Origin: Nitrososphaerota archaeon
GTDB taxonomy: Archaea > Thermoproteota > EX4484-205 > JAAOZP01
NCBI GenBank assembly: GCA_011605725.1
Contig: JAAOZP010000011.1
Coordinates: 32,001-96,000 of the forward strand
Reading direction: 5' to 3'
DNA length: 64,000 bases
Part shown: in pieces, positions 18,720-28,243 of the stretch
Layout of the letters: every line of letters starts with the position of its first letter
Numbering within the stretch: the first letter of the stretch is position 1
Program-made: the position numbers and the translations under genes
The notes under the pieces: model-generated
What the model saw: the letters and a program-made list of their open reading frames with translations, nothing else
What the model was told of the DNA's origin: nothing
Database searches by the model: none

Positions 18720-20141
18720 TTATCTGGGTGGAGGCGGCGGAGGCGGGGGTGGTGGAAACTCTGCTTTAGGCTTTCTCCTTAAAAGCAGCAGCACCAGGAC
18801 TATTAAGACCACTGCTACGATAGCTCCTATCATCACGAGCCAAGGAGTTTCTGAGGCTGCTCCACTCTCCTTGCTAGCAGTCAGGCTTCCAGTTAAGCCG
18901 TTCACGTCAATATTATACGTTCCCTCACTAGTCGGCGTGTATGCGAAGCTCACAGTAGTCGACTGGCCTGAGTCCAGAGTACCCCTCTTGGTTTCGACAG
19001 CCTGATTGTTAACCTTCAGCGTGACCTCGTACGTTCCGGATTCGCCGCCAGTGTTCTTAACCGTGACGGAGATTGTTGAAGACTGGCCGACTTTAACTGA
19101 GCCCGGGTCTACGCTTAGACTGCTAACCTCGAACCTTGCCGGCAGAGTTGTCGAAACAGTTATACTAACTGTTTTATCACCGATCCTCACGGTATACGAG
19201 CCGTCTGCAGCAAAGGATAATTCATGGCTTAGACTCTTGCTCTCACCCGGTTTCAGAACTATCAGCCAACTTTTCTCAATTTTCCCGCCTACACTTAAGG
19301 TAAGGTTGTGAGTGCCAATGGCGTTCCCCGTGTTAGAAGCAGTGATAGTTATAGTGAGTTTCTCACCCGGCTTTAGCTGCGTCTTGTCAAACCGGGCGTC
19401 AATCAATATGTTCGGCCGTGGCTGAGGGTTAACCAGGTCAACTGATAAAAGCTCTATCTTATCCCATTCCTTAGTATCGAGCGTTTCAAAGTAGATTTTA
19501 ACTATAAGGGTGCCGAAGCTGACGGGGGCGAACCACCATTCTGCAACGCCACGGTATGATTCCGGTGCGTTCACATATCCTTCCCACCTGTATTTGTAGA
19601 CTAGAAGCTGGCTTGAACCGTATGTTTCTATTCCTGATCCCAGGTAAATCAGTCTTCCATACCCTAGCTCCTCATAGCTGTATACCGTAGTGAAGTTCCA
19701 TGCTTCGCTCCACGCGCCTACCCATGCAACCCAAACATACAGCATTATGTTGCCATACATCTCAGCGTATTGACCAGTGTAGGTTTCCTCATCAACCATA
19801 ACCTGTAGGCATTTTCCAGTCGATTTAGAGATCCACAGGAGCATTGTCTCACTAGCCTTCCCCTCCTCCTCATATTCCCATTCAACCTTCCAAGTATTCT
19901 CCCCGCTGACCGTCTCCTCTCCAAGGACTCGGAAGCCTATGGCTCCAACAGTTCCCTTTTCATCCGAGAAGCGATACTTGGCTGATTTAACGTTGTTCAA
20001 CAGGATTGCCACCCTCTCATACTCGGATTCCTGAGCATAAGACACTATTGGTCGGTTTCCAGTTGGCGTCAGCATTATCAGAAGGATTAGACAGAACGCG
20101 GCATGTATCTGAATATTCCAACCACGTGATTTTCTTATCAT
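18720..20141 (-). CDS. Secreted, membrane-anchored surface protein with two CARDB/Ig-like domains and a cytoplasmic poly-Pro tail
   Basis: N-terminal signal peptide, two CARDB-like repeats (ITASNTG; VTVKNTG), C-terminal TM helix, then RRKPKAEF-P10-R. Confidence 0.8.
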   Translation of the reverse strand: MIRKSRGWNIQIHAAFCLILLIMLTPTGNRPIVSYAQESEYERVAILLNNVKSAKYRFSDEKGTVGAIGFRVLGEETVSGENTWKVEWEYEEEGKASETMLLWISKSTGKCLQVMVDEETYTGQYAEMYGNIMLYVWVAWVGAWSEAWNFTTVYSYEELGYGRLIYLGSGIETYGSSQLLVYKYRWEGYVNAPESYRGVAEWWFAPVSFGTLIVKIYFETLDTKEWDKIELLSVDLVNPQPRPNILIDARFDKTQLKPGEKLTITITASNTGNAIGTHNLTLSVGGKIEKSWLIVLKPGESKSLSHELSFAADGSYTVRIGDKTVSITVSTTLPARFEVSSLSVDPGSVKVGQSSTISVTVKNTGGESGTYEVTLKVNNQAVETKRGTLDSGQSTTVSFAYTPTSEGTYNIDVNGLTGSLTASKESGAASETPWLVMIGAIVAVVLIVLVLLLLRRKPKAEFPPPPPPPPPPR

Positions 20142-20248
20142 TTTAAGTATAGTGCGCGTGCCTCCATATAAATGTTGTTCTCAATATGCCTATGTCCGGT
20201 GGAAATATGTCTTAAAACTGCGTAAACATTTTAAATACTTGAAAAACA

Positions 20249-20860
20249 TTAGTCGGAATGTTTAAGGCATGTTCTGCTTACGGGACAGGCTTCACAGGCT
20301 TTTCTCTTACAATATTCCAAGTTTAGCTTGACGAGTTGGGACTCTACTTCTCTAATCCTCTTTACCCCGAGTCTCCGCGCGGTTTCAACGGCAAGTTTAG
20401 AAGGCTCAGGATCCGCTTTACTCCAGATTCCTCTCAGCTCCCTGAGAAAAATATTAACCCCCGCCGGGCCGACCCCCCGGAAACCCGCTAACAGTTCCTC
20501 CAGCTGTCTAGATGATTTGGCTCTATTATGAACCTCATCTATGCTTCCGAATTCTTCCAAAAGCTTTTTCGAAACATCCAGAAGGTTCGTGGCGGTTGAG
20601 AAATCGTACCTGACGTATCCTCCTGAGTCGAGAACCTCCACCAGCCTATCCCATCCTGCGTTGAGTACTGCCTCCGGAGTTACGAGACCCTCTTCCTGAA
20701 GCCTTTTGAAAGTCTTCTTAGCAATTTTCGACGATATTCTTTTAGCGAATAGTATTGAGGCTAGAAACCATTTGAAACGGTCCTCAGGCTTGTTCAAATC
20801 CAAGCCTAGCTCTTCAGAGTATGTTTTAATTTTCCTCAGCCTTCTGATCGTAGTATTCAC
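20249..20860 (-). CDS. HhH-GPD/endonuclease III-like protein with C-terminal Cys4 cluster
   Basis: HhH motif FRGVGP..V.IFL and C-terminal CKRKACEACPVSRTC. Confidence 0.7.
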   Translation of the reverse strand: MNTTIRRLRKIKTYSEELGLDLNKPEDRFKWFLASILFAKRISSKIAKKTFKRLQEEGLVTPEAVLNAGWDRLVEVLDSGGYVRYDFSTATNLLDVSKKLLEEFGSIDEVHNRAKSSRQLEELLAGFRGVGPAGVNIFLRELRGIWSKADPEPSKLAVETARRLGVKRIREVESQLVKLNLEYCKRKACEACPVSRTCLKHSD

Positions 20861-20939
20861 GTGAAAACAGTAGCATCAGAGTTTAAAGGTTTACTGCCGC
20901 TTAGAAACTTGACCTGCTTGAAGCAGGTTTAAAAGCCTT

Positions 20940-21743
20940 CTAGAGCAGACTTAAAATGTTTTTCAAATACTCAACATCCTTCCGGGTTTGCTTCAGGATC
21001 TCGGCCAGCGGTGAGTCGTATTCACTGTGTACAGATACTGGGCCATTGAAACCCGTTTTCCCAAGTATTTCGAAAACCTTTCTCCACGGGACCAGTCCTT
21101 CCCCAAGCGGGACTGTTCTCACACGCCATTCTCCTTCTTCTCTAAACCAGCCGTAATCCTTTACAGAAACAATTCTTATCTTTCTACTTAAAATATCCAT
21201 GCCCATTAGCCATCCTGCTAAGCCTCCCTCCACAGCCATGTGGCCAGGGTCAACATAGGCGCCAACGAGATCTGGGTTAAACCCTTTCAGAATCAGCCAT
21301 ACGACTGTTGGCTCTGCAGACATGAACATGCCTGAATGAATATGCACTGCGGAAGTCACCCGGTACTTCCTACTCAACTCCTGAATCTTTCTAAGCTCCA
21401 CACGTATTTCCGCCACTTGCCTCCGCAGAAAGCCGAAGCCCCTGTACTGCCAATAGCCTAGCTTCAAGTATTTCACCCCGTTTTCGGAAGCAGCCTTGAA
21501 AACATCCTCAGCATAAGGCTGGTTGACGCTAGTTATTTCAGTCGTTATCATCGGCACCTTCAAGCCTTCTGACTCGAATACTCCAACAGCCCAGGGAAGT
21601 TTTTCCTCGGCCTCATAGGGCTTTATGTAGCCGTTAGACCTGACTGTAAGGTCCACGCCTTCAAAACCTGTTTCTGCAGCTATTTCTGCGAACTCTTTTA
21701 AGGAGAGGGCTTGAAACATTTTTGAAAACAACACTAGTTGCAT
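20940..21743 (-). CDS. Sugar phosphate isomerase/epimerase (xylose-isomerase-like TIM barrel)
   Basis: GFEGVDLTVR, H.H, DPGH, VKD, G.G.VPW and H.EY motifs. Confidence 0.85.
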   Translation of the reverse strand: MQLVLFSKMFQALSLKEFAEIAAETGFEGVDLTVRSNGYIKPYEAEEKLPWAVGVFESEGLKVPMITTEITSVNQPYAEDVFKAASENGVKYLKLGYWQYRGFGFLRRQVAEIRVELRKIQELSRKYRVTSAVHIHSGMFMSAEPTVVWLILKGFNPDLVGAYVDPGHMAVEGGLAGWLMGMDILSRKIRIVSVKDYGWFREEGEWRVRTVPLGEGLVPWRKVFEILGKTGFNGPVSVHSEYDSPLAEILKQTRKDVEYLKNILSLL

Positions 21744-21766
21744 AATTGCTCCCCTCCCTTTAAAAG

Positions 21767-23122
21767 CTAAAAACCAAGGCCTATTGTCTGGTTAAGACAC
21801 CCGGTCCTTATTTTCCCCTGTCTAACTTCAAATATTTCGGGAAACCTTTCCTGAACCTCTTTAAAGGCGGAAGGCAGGTATTGCCTAGCATTATACTCGA
21901 CTCCAAGTATCGGGTTTGTCCTCGCAGCGAATCCCGCGGAGTGGACGAGTGACAACCCTGGGCACGTCAGGTCCTGTATGCTGTAAGGTACTCCAAGCTC
22001 CTCTGCCTTAGACACAAGGAGGAGAATCGAGCTGTGACACTTGCATGTTTTCAAAGCTACTCCGGACCAGCCTAGCCTCATGGCTAGGTCGAAACTCTCC
22101 AAGTCAGTAACGCTCTCGTCCGCTAAAACAGGCTTAACCTCAGCCACCTTCCTCATGTTAAACATGTGTGACGCTAGGTCTCTGCTAACTGGTTGCTCAA
22201 CGTAAAGGATTTTCTCAAATGCTTCAGGAGCTGCTTTCCTCGTTTTCAACAGGTATTCTAAAACAGCTTCTGGAGACGGGTGCATCTCGTTAGAATCGAC
22301 AGACAAGTAAAAATTCCTCACGCCTTTCTTTCCCAGCGTTTCCGCAACGGTTTCAGCCACGTCTTTAGTTCTTTTCACATCCCATTCTACGTCGCTGCCT
22401 TTAAGCTTGATTTTGAAACAAAAAACTCCCTCCTTCTCGATCCATTCCTCTAAACTCGCCGGCAAACCGTCAGACTCATCAGGATCTTCTTCACTCCTCA
22501 GCTTATCCAGACCACCGACCAAGTGGAATACCGGAATTTCTGAGGAATATTCTGGCTTAATGTAGTCAGCTATATACTTGCCTTTGAATCTTTCCCCAAG
22601 GTAGAAACTCAGGTCGTGGTCAACGTATTTAGGCCCATACCCGTCATAACTACATATTTTATTAACCTTTCCGAACCCGTCGTGCATTGAAGCATCTATC
22701 GGGGAGACTGCTACTAAAGAGGCTAGTATGGGGAGCTCCTCTTTAAGCCTCAGCTCTGAGGAAACTCTTCTCGTAATCCTGGGTATTTCATCCTCGTACT
22801 TTACAAACCAATCTATGGGATGCATGTATCTATTCCCCGCCTCTTCCACCAGAAGTTTCCCATAGCGTTCTGCAACAAGCTTCATGGCTTCAAGCTTATT
22901 CTCATGGCTCTCCACGTGGCTTGGAAACGCCCATTCGCACGCAAGCGGCATGGAACCCAAGCCTTCAGCCTTCTCTCCATTCCTATTTTTCACGACGGTG
23001 GTGACGAGAAGCGAGGTAGACTCCTCCACCACGACGCTCCCGAATTTCAAAGGGGTTCTCAGCCTGAAGCTCCTGTATTCAAAATCGATTTCAACCGGGC
23101 GGATGTCGGAATCCTTACTCAT
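21767..23122 (-). CDS. Enolase-superfamily enzyme (mandelate racemase/MLE-like), substrate unknown
   Basis: K-x-K (FKIKLK), metal ligands DSNE, EQP and DES, and LK.CK. Confidence 0.8.
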   Translation of the reverse strand: MSKDSDIRPVEIDFEYRSFRLRTPLKFGSVVVEESTSLLVTTVVKNRNGEKAEGLGSMPLACEWAFPSHVESHENKLEAMKLVAERYGKLLVEEAGNRYMHPIDWFVKYEDEIPRITRRVSSELRLKEELPILASLVAVSPIDASMHDGFGKVNKICSYDGYGPKYVDHDLSFYLGERFKGKYIADYIKPEYSSEIPVFHLVGGLDKLRSEEDPDESDGLPASLEEWIEKEGVFCFKIKLKGSDVEWDVKRTKDVAETVAETLGKKGVRNFYLSVDSNEMHPSPEAVLEYLLKTRKAAPEAFEKILYVEQPVSRDLASHMFNMRKVAEVKPVLADESVTDLESFDLAMRLGWSGVALKTCKCHSSILLLVSKAEELGVPYSIQDLTCPGLSLVHSAGFAARTNPILGVEYNARQYLPSAFKEVQERFPEIFEVRQGKIRTGCLNQTIGLGF

Positions 23123-23188
23123 GATTCACACGTAGGCTCCTCGTTGTCTTTAAGCCTTTTCCTCATCAAACAGTAATCTGTTGAAAGT

Positions 23189-24133
23189 CTATGGCTGTTT
23201 TCTCAATGCTGCTTCTCTAGCCGCAGAAGCCCGCTTGAAATATTCTTCCCTTGTTTCCAACCCGAACTCCTCAATAATGTTGCTCACAGTAATCCCTCCG
23301 GCTTCTGAAGACATTAGGAATACTGCCTCCGGTCTAGACACTTCGAAACTGACTTTAGAACCGTATTTTTCCTTAATCATGTCGATTTTTTCAAAATTAT
23401 AGTCTAAGTGTAGAACATCATAATCAAGGTTTATGGTGCAGCATATAACCGGCTGATAGCTGCTTGAAACAGTCAGAATCCTGCCCAGAGGGTTTACAAT
23501 CATGCTTCCCTCATCGTCCGCTATCGAGGACACCATGTAGACACCGTTGTTGAAAGCCCATATTCTCAACTGTAATCCTCCAGGATACATTGAGGGGAAG
23601 AACACGGCTTTAACCCTGTTTCTCGCCAAACCCTTGATGACGTCTTCAAAATTTAGGTCGAAACATATCGCTACTCCGATTCTTCCGAACTCTAGTTCAA
23701 ACGGCTTAGGCTCAAACCCGGGCTTAACACCGGCCTCAATCTCCCATATTGTGGGGTGAACCTTGTCATAGATTCCAACATACTCCCCATCCCTACTTAT
23801 CAAAACTGCAGAATTGTAAACCTTATCACCATCCCTCCTCATGGTTGGGAAAATCGTATAGACTCTATTCTCCTTAGCGAAGGAAGCTATCTTATTAGAA
23901 ATGGTTCCTGGGATTTCCTCTGCTTTCTCCACCATTTCTTGCATGCTTAACCCTAGAAATGGCGAGCATTCAGGGAGACAAATTATGTCGGGCTCGTCTA
24001 AAAGTGCTTTCCTAAGGAGGAACAGTATTTCCTTCACATTGTTCTCTATTGTTTCATCAACCGTCGCTCTCCTGGCTCCCTTAAAAGATACTGAAGCTAC
24101 TCGCATATGCTTCATGTTTTTCACCGGTTTCAC
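23189..24133 (-). CDS. Carbon-nitrogen hydrolase (nitrilase superfamily amidase)
   Basis: Catalytic triad E-K-C in LPE, YDK and ICFD. Confidence 0.9.
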   Translation of the reverse strand: MKPVKNMKHMRVASVSFKGARRATVDETIENNVKEILFLLRKALLDEPDIICLPECSPFLGLSMQEMVEKAEEIPGTISNKIASFAKENRVYTIFPTMRRDGDKVYNSAVLISRDGEYVGIYDKVHPTIWEIEAGVKPGFEPKPFELEFGRIGVAICFDLNFEDVIKGLARNRVKAVFFPSMYPGGLQLRIWAFNNGVYMVSSIADDEGSMIVNPLGRILTVSSSYQPVICCTINLDYDVLHLDYNFEKIDMIKEKYGSKVSFEVSRPEAVFLMSSEAGGITVSNIIEEFGLETREEYFKRASAAREAALRKQP

Positions 24134-24178
24134 TTCAATATCATACTTAAATATTGCTTAAGGTGAAAACACGGGGTC

Positions 24179-25201
24179 ATGAGCCTCAGCGGTAAGCGGG
24201 TGAGAGTCCTGATTACAATACCTGCAGAGCTCTACAGCAGGATTTCGAGAGCCGGAGACGAGGAGAAGCTTAGGTCTTTCGCAGAATGCGTCTTTAACCC
24301 GTTTAATAGGAATCTTAATGAGGATGAGCTTTCCGAGCTAATTGTTGACGTAGATGGGTGCATCACAAGCTGGGGTTCTCCAAGGTTCACTGAAAAAGTT
24401 TTGAACAACGCGAACAGGCTTAAAATCATAGGTCATGCTGCTGGAAGCGTTAAACCCTATGTGACGGAACAAGTTTTCAAGAGAGGGATAATTGTTGTTA
24501 ATGCTGCTTCGACAATAGCTAAGCCGGTGGCAGAGTTTACCATAGCCATGATACTGAACTGTTTAAGAGGGATACCGAAATATGTTGAGGCAATGAGGAT
24601 GAGGAACTGGGTTCACAGGGAGCAGAGAGGCTTTACGACTTATGATTTGAATGGGAAGACGATAGGAATAATAGGATTTGGTGCGGTGGCTAAGGAACTG
24701 GTTAAACTGCTTAAACCGTTTGAAGTTAGCATAATGGTTTACGATCCTTACGCTGAGCCGAGCCAAGTGGCTTCTTACGGAGCGAGAAAGGTTGGTTTGA
24801 ACGAGCTGCTCAAGTGTTCAGACGTGGTGACTCTGCATGCTGCTTTAACCCCGGAGACTCATCACATGATCGGCGAGAAAGAGCTTAGACTCATGAAGCC
24901 CGCAGCATACTTGATAAATACTTCTAGAGGCGCGCTTATAGACGAGAACGCCCTGGTTAAGGCTTTAAGGGAGAAATGGATAGCTGGAGCAGCGCTGGAT
25001 GTTTTTGAACAGGAGCCTTTAGAGAGTAACAGCCCCCTTTACGATTTGGAGAACGTTTTTCTTACGCCCCATGTAGCGGGCGGGTCTGATGAAAGGATGA
25101 GACAGTTGTTCGGCACAGTTGTCGAAGATTTTAAAAGATTCTTTTCAGGAGAGAAGCCTATTAACGAGGTGCCGTATGAAAAGCTTAAAATTCTCGCTTA
25201 A
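24179..25201 (+). CDS. D-isomer-specific 2-hydroxyacid dehydrogenase
   Basis: HAAGS, GIIGFG, INTSRG, LDVF..EP and TPHVAG motifs. Confidence 0.9.
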   Translation: MSLSGKRVRVLITIPAELYSRISRAGDEEKLRSFAECVFNPFNRNLNEDELSELIVDVDGCITSWGSPRFTEKVLNNANRLKIIGHAAGSVKPYVTEQVFKRGIIVVNAASTIAKPVAEFTIAMILNCLRGIPKYVEAMRMRNWVHREQRGFTTYDLNGKTIGIIGFGAVAKELVKLLKPFEVSIMVYDPYAEPSQVASYGARKVGLNELLKCSDVVTLHAALTPETHHMIGEKELRLMKPAAYLINTSRGALIDENALVKALREKWIAGAALDVFEQEPLESNSPLYDLENVFLTPHVAGGSDERMRQLFGTVVEDFKRFFSGEKPINEVPYEKLKILA

Positions 25202-25321
25202 GTTTTCGAAAAACATTAGTTAAAGCATTGAGTGTTTTTCCTTCGTTTTAACAAGCCCATGTTTCTCGTTGAAAAATAAACACTTAAATAAGAAATCCGG
25301 ATAAGCCATTTTAAACCGTTA

Positions 25322-26005
25322 ATGAGAAAAGGGTTGGAAGCGGAGGACATTGCGGTATCAATCTTGGAGAAGCTTGGCTACATGGTTTTAGAAAAAAGGA
25401 AGCCTATAGTTGTTGGGGGAGTGAAGATTGCAGAGATAGATCTTATTGCGAGAGACCAAGGAGGAGAAGTTTTAGCAGTTGAGGTTAAGTCTGGAAAAGC
25501 CTCAGTCACTGATGTTAGGCAGGTCTTCAGCAACGCTAAGCTTTTAAAAGTTAAACCGCTCCTAATATGCAAAGGGTTTTCAGACGCTTCGGCAGCTAGC
25601 CTTGCCAGCGAGCTGGGTGTCAGATACATTCTTCTTCCAGAGTATTACCTTTTCACGTTTGAAGATTTTAAAGAGGTTTCGAGGGAGATTGTGTATGATC
25701 TGTTGACGATGTACTTGTCGCTGGACCTTGAGGAAATCAGCAGCGAGGAAGAGAGGATAGTTGAGGCTATTGCTAGTTCGAACAGTTTTTCAGAAGCATC
25801 TTCGAAGCTTAACACTTCAGAGGAGGAGCTTGGTAAAAAAATTTCTAATACGAGTGTTTTCAGGACTGGGGGTAAACAGGGGTTTAACCAGCTTAAGCTT
25901 AGAGCCTTACTTGTTAAAAACAGGCTTGACAGCAAGAAGCGGATTGAAAACATTGAGCGTAAACTAGACGGCTTGGAAAAGAAAATAGAGAGCTTAAAAA
26001 AATAA
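25322..26005 (+). CDS. PD-(D/E)xK nuclease (YraN/Hjc/restriction-endonuclease-like) with C-terminal HTH/coiled coil
   Basis: G..AE...L...GY, EIDLIA and AVEVK motifs. Confidence 0.75.
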   Translation: MRKGLEAEDIAVSILEKLGYMVLEKRKPIVVGGVKIAEIDLIARDQGGEVLAVEVKSGKASVTDVRQVFSNAKLLKVKPLLICKGFSDASAASLASELGVRYILLPEYYLFTFEDFKEVSREIVYDLLTMYLSLDLEEISSEEERIVEAIASSNSFSEASSKLNTSEEELGKKISNTSVFRTGGKQGFNQLKLRALLVKNRLDSKKRIENIERKLDGLEKKIESLKK

Positions 26006-26021
26006 AATGAGGATTCCTCTC

Positions 26022-26696
26022 CTATAGCTTACGGTGGCAGAACCACCAATCGAAACACTCGAACTCGCCTGTCCTTGCTTTTTCAAGACGGTTCCTCGCC
26101 GTTTCCAAATCCTTGGCTGGCGGTATTATAACATGGTCCTTAATCAGCTCGTTGTTCGGCCAGTTGGCAGGCATCGCAACACCGTTTCTGTCGGATATCT
26201 GCATGGCTTCCACGACCCTTAAAATCTCATCCATGTTTCTACCTAGCTCCTGAGGATAATAGAGGATTATGCGTATCTTTCCCTTATCGTCAACCACGAA
26301 TACTGCTCTAACCGTGTTAGTCCCCTTTCCAGGATGGATGAGTCCTAGCTTTTCTGCAACCTCACCTGTGTCCGCGATTATGGGGAACTTTATTTCGACA
26401 CCAAGCTTCTCCTTTATCCACTCTATCCATTTCATGTGTGAGAAAACCTGGTCGACGCTGAGCCCGATTAACTCGCAGTTCAACGATTTAAACTTGTCAT
26501 ATCTTTTCTGAAAGGCTACGAATTCAGTTGTGCATACCGGGGTGAAATCTGCAGGATGGCTGAACAACACGAACCATTTTCCGGCGAAAGCCTTTGGAAG
26601 CTCTATGACCCCGTGAGTAGTCTGTACCTTCATCTCTGGAAAGTCTTCTCCGAGTAGGGGTATTCCTTTCCTTCCAGTATTTTCTGATTTTTCCAT
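26022..26696 (-). CDS. Peroxiredoxin (archaeal Prx6/AhpC-type)
   Basis: [19 protein letters not shown] and C-terminal CFDWWFC. Confidence 0.95.
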   Translation of the reverse strand: MEKSENTGRKGIPLLGEDFPEMKVQTTHGVIELPKAFAGKWFVLFSHPADFTPVCTTEFVAFQKRYDKFKSLNCELIGLSVDQVFSHMKWIEWIKEKLGVEIKFPIIADTGEVAEKLGLIHPGKGTNTVRAVFVVDDKGKIRIILYYPQELGRNMDEILRVVEAMQISDRNGVAMPANWPNNELIKDHVIIPPAKDLETARNRLEKARTGEFECFDWWFCHRKL

Positions 26697-26737
26697 CTTT
26701 GCCTCGTCCCCTTTTCAGATTTTTAAGAATGGTAAGA

Positions 26738-26745
26738 TTTATAAA
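26738..26745. promoter_or_regulatory. Symmetric TATA box (TTTATAAA) between the divergent peroxiredoxin and Lrp genes
   Basis: Palindromic TATA about 23 nt upstream of the Lrp ATG (26768), within a 71-bp divergent intergenic region. Confidence 0.5.
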
Positions 26746-26767
26746 CATTTGGTTTGATTTTCGAACC

Positions 26768-27184
26768 ATGGATGGGATAAATTACGGCATACTTGAAATG
26801 CTGAGGAGAAACGCAAGAACCCCTAAAACTAGGCTTGCACGGCACTTCGGTATAACTGAAACTGCAATAAGGAAGAGGATAAGGAAGTTGGAAGCAGAGA
26901 GAATCATAATTGGTTACCGTGCGATTATCGACTATAAGAGAGTAAACATGGTTTGTTCATTTACTGGAATCGATGTAAAGCCAGAATACTTAATGAGTGT
27001 GATGAGAAGTCTTAGAAACCTTAAGGTAGCGTCCCTCTTCTTAACTTCTGGAGATCACGATCTGGTTGCGGAAATAGTTTGCAAAGATATGGGTGAACTA
27101 GAAAAAATTCATGAACAGATTTTACGCTACGAGGGTGTTGAAAGAATTTGTCCCGCAATAGTTAATGAAGTCGTTGAATTGTAA
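26768..27184 (+). CDS. Lrp/AsnC-family transcriptional regulator (LrpA-like)
   Basis: HTH segment NARTP...E.AIRKRI.KL and RAM domain TSGDHD. Start at the in-frame ATG 26768. Confidence 0.9.
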   Translation: MDGINYGILEMLRRNARTPKTRLARHFGITETAIRKRIRKLEAERIIIGYRAIIDYKRVNMVCSFTGIDVKPEYLMSVMRSLRNLKVASLFLTSGDHDLVAEIVCKDMGELEKIHEQILRYEGVERICPAIVNEVVEL

Positions 27185-27271
27185 ATATTTCAACTGTCTT
27201 ATACGGGATCAAATAAAAGCGACCCGCATGTTTTCACATTATCAGTACGTATTAAGGCATCTATAGGCTTA

Positions 27272-28243
27272 CTATATGCTCTTTGAAACCTGTCTCTCAA
27301 CTTTCTTCAAAACTTTGCTTGGAAGAACCATTCCGAGCTCTCTGAAAACGATCATTAACGCGCCTACGGTGGGGGAGTATGCCGGTTTTTTAACATTAAT
27401 CCTAACGCGTTTTTGCGAAAGATGCTTCAAGATGCTTCCGGCTAATATGTTCGAGTGATTCGAAAACATGCCGCCAACAAAGTAAACATTCAGCTCTTCA
27501 TCAGGATTTAGCTTCATCCTTCTAATTACAGCCAGCATGCCTCTCGAAAGAGACTCTGCCGCATCCTCAATTATGCTTCGAGCAACCCTGTCGCCCTTCT
27601 CAGCCTCCCTTCTCACAATCTTCGCGAAAAGCGCTATGCGTTCCCGCCTCATATCGTAGATACGTCTAGCCAGCTTCTCCATGCTTTCTGCTTTGAAGAA
27701 ACGCTTTGCCTCATCCTCAAGGCTTGTTTTCTCTCCTCTTCCATCGTAAGACTGAAACGCTGCCCTAAGACCCTCGATTGAAACAGGATAGGCTCCCCCC
27801 TCATCGTCCAGCATGTAGCCCCATCCTCCGGCTTTGAAGAACGATCCGTCTGAGACGCCCAGCACTACGGATCCTGTTCCAGCTATGACCACGACACCCT
27901 GCTTTTCAAACCCTAGGCAGGCCGCTGCAGCGGCTTCAACATCGCTTTTAATCATGATTCTCCTGGCTTTTATCTTTCCATGGAACAGTTTTGCAAGCCT
28001 TCCGCCCGCGGTCCAGGCTCCTGAAAGGCACAGGGCCACTGCTTCAGCCTCGTCATGCCCAAGCTTCCCTAATGCTCTGTTAAACGCATCCCTCACTGAG
28101 AACAGGGTTTTCTCGGGGCCTGCTGAAAGAATGTTCGAGGGTCCGGATTTGCACGCAGCTATACGCCAGCTGCCGGTTTCAACGGCAACGCACCTGGTTG
28201 TGCTCGCACCCCCGTCAACACCTGCAACAACTATACGTTTCAA
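27272..28243 (-). CDS. murK: N-acetylmuramic acid/N-acetylglucosamine kinase (MurK-like, BadF/BadG/BcrA/BcrD ASKHA family)
   Basis: GVDGGASTT, IAGTGS, GGWGYMLDDEGGAY and GGMF motifs. Overlaps namZ by 4 nt. Specificity is inferred from context. Confidence 0.75.
   Translation of the reverse strand: MKRIVVAGVDGGASTTRCVAVETGSWRIAACKSGPSNILSAGPEKTLFSVRDAFNRALGKLGHDEAEAVALCLSGAWTAGGRLAKLFHGKIKARRIMIKSDVEAAAAACLGFEKQGVVVIAGTGSVVLGVSDGSFFKAGGWGYMLDDEGGAYPVSIEGLRAAFQSYDGRGEKTSLEDEAKRFFKAESMEKLARRIYDMRRERIALFAKIVRREAEKGDRVARSIIEDAAESLSRGMLAVIRRMKLNPDEELNVYFVGGMFSNHSNILAGSILKHLSQKRVRINVKKPAYSPTVGALMIVFRELGMVLPSKVLKKVERQVSKSI

Noticed and set aside
18664-19005. Poly-Gly ORF on the plus strand
   Set aside because: It is the antisense read of the poly-Pro tail of the CARDB protein.
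21767-23122. Enolase-superfamily protein as the L-Ala-D/L-Glu epimerase of peptidoglycan recycling
   Set aside because: It is much longer than typical AE epimerases and lacks their DxD motif, so I cannot support this assignment.
25322-26005. PD-(D/E)xK nuclease as part of a defence system
   Set aside because: No methyltransferase, ATPase or other defence genes are adjacent; it looks like a common stand-alone archaeal nuclease.
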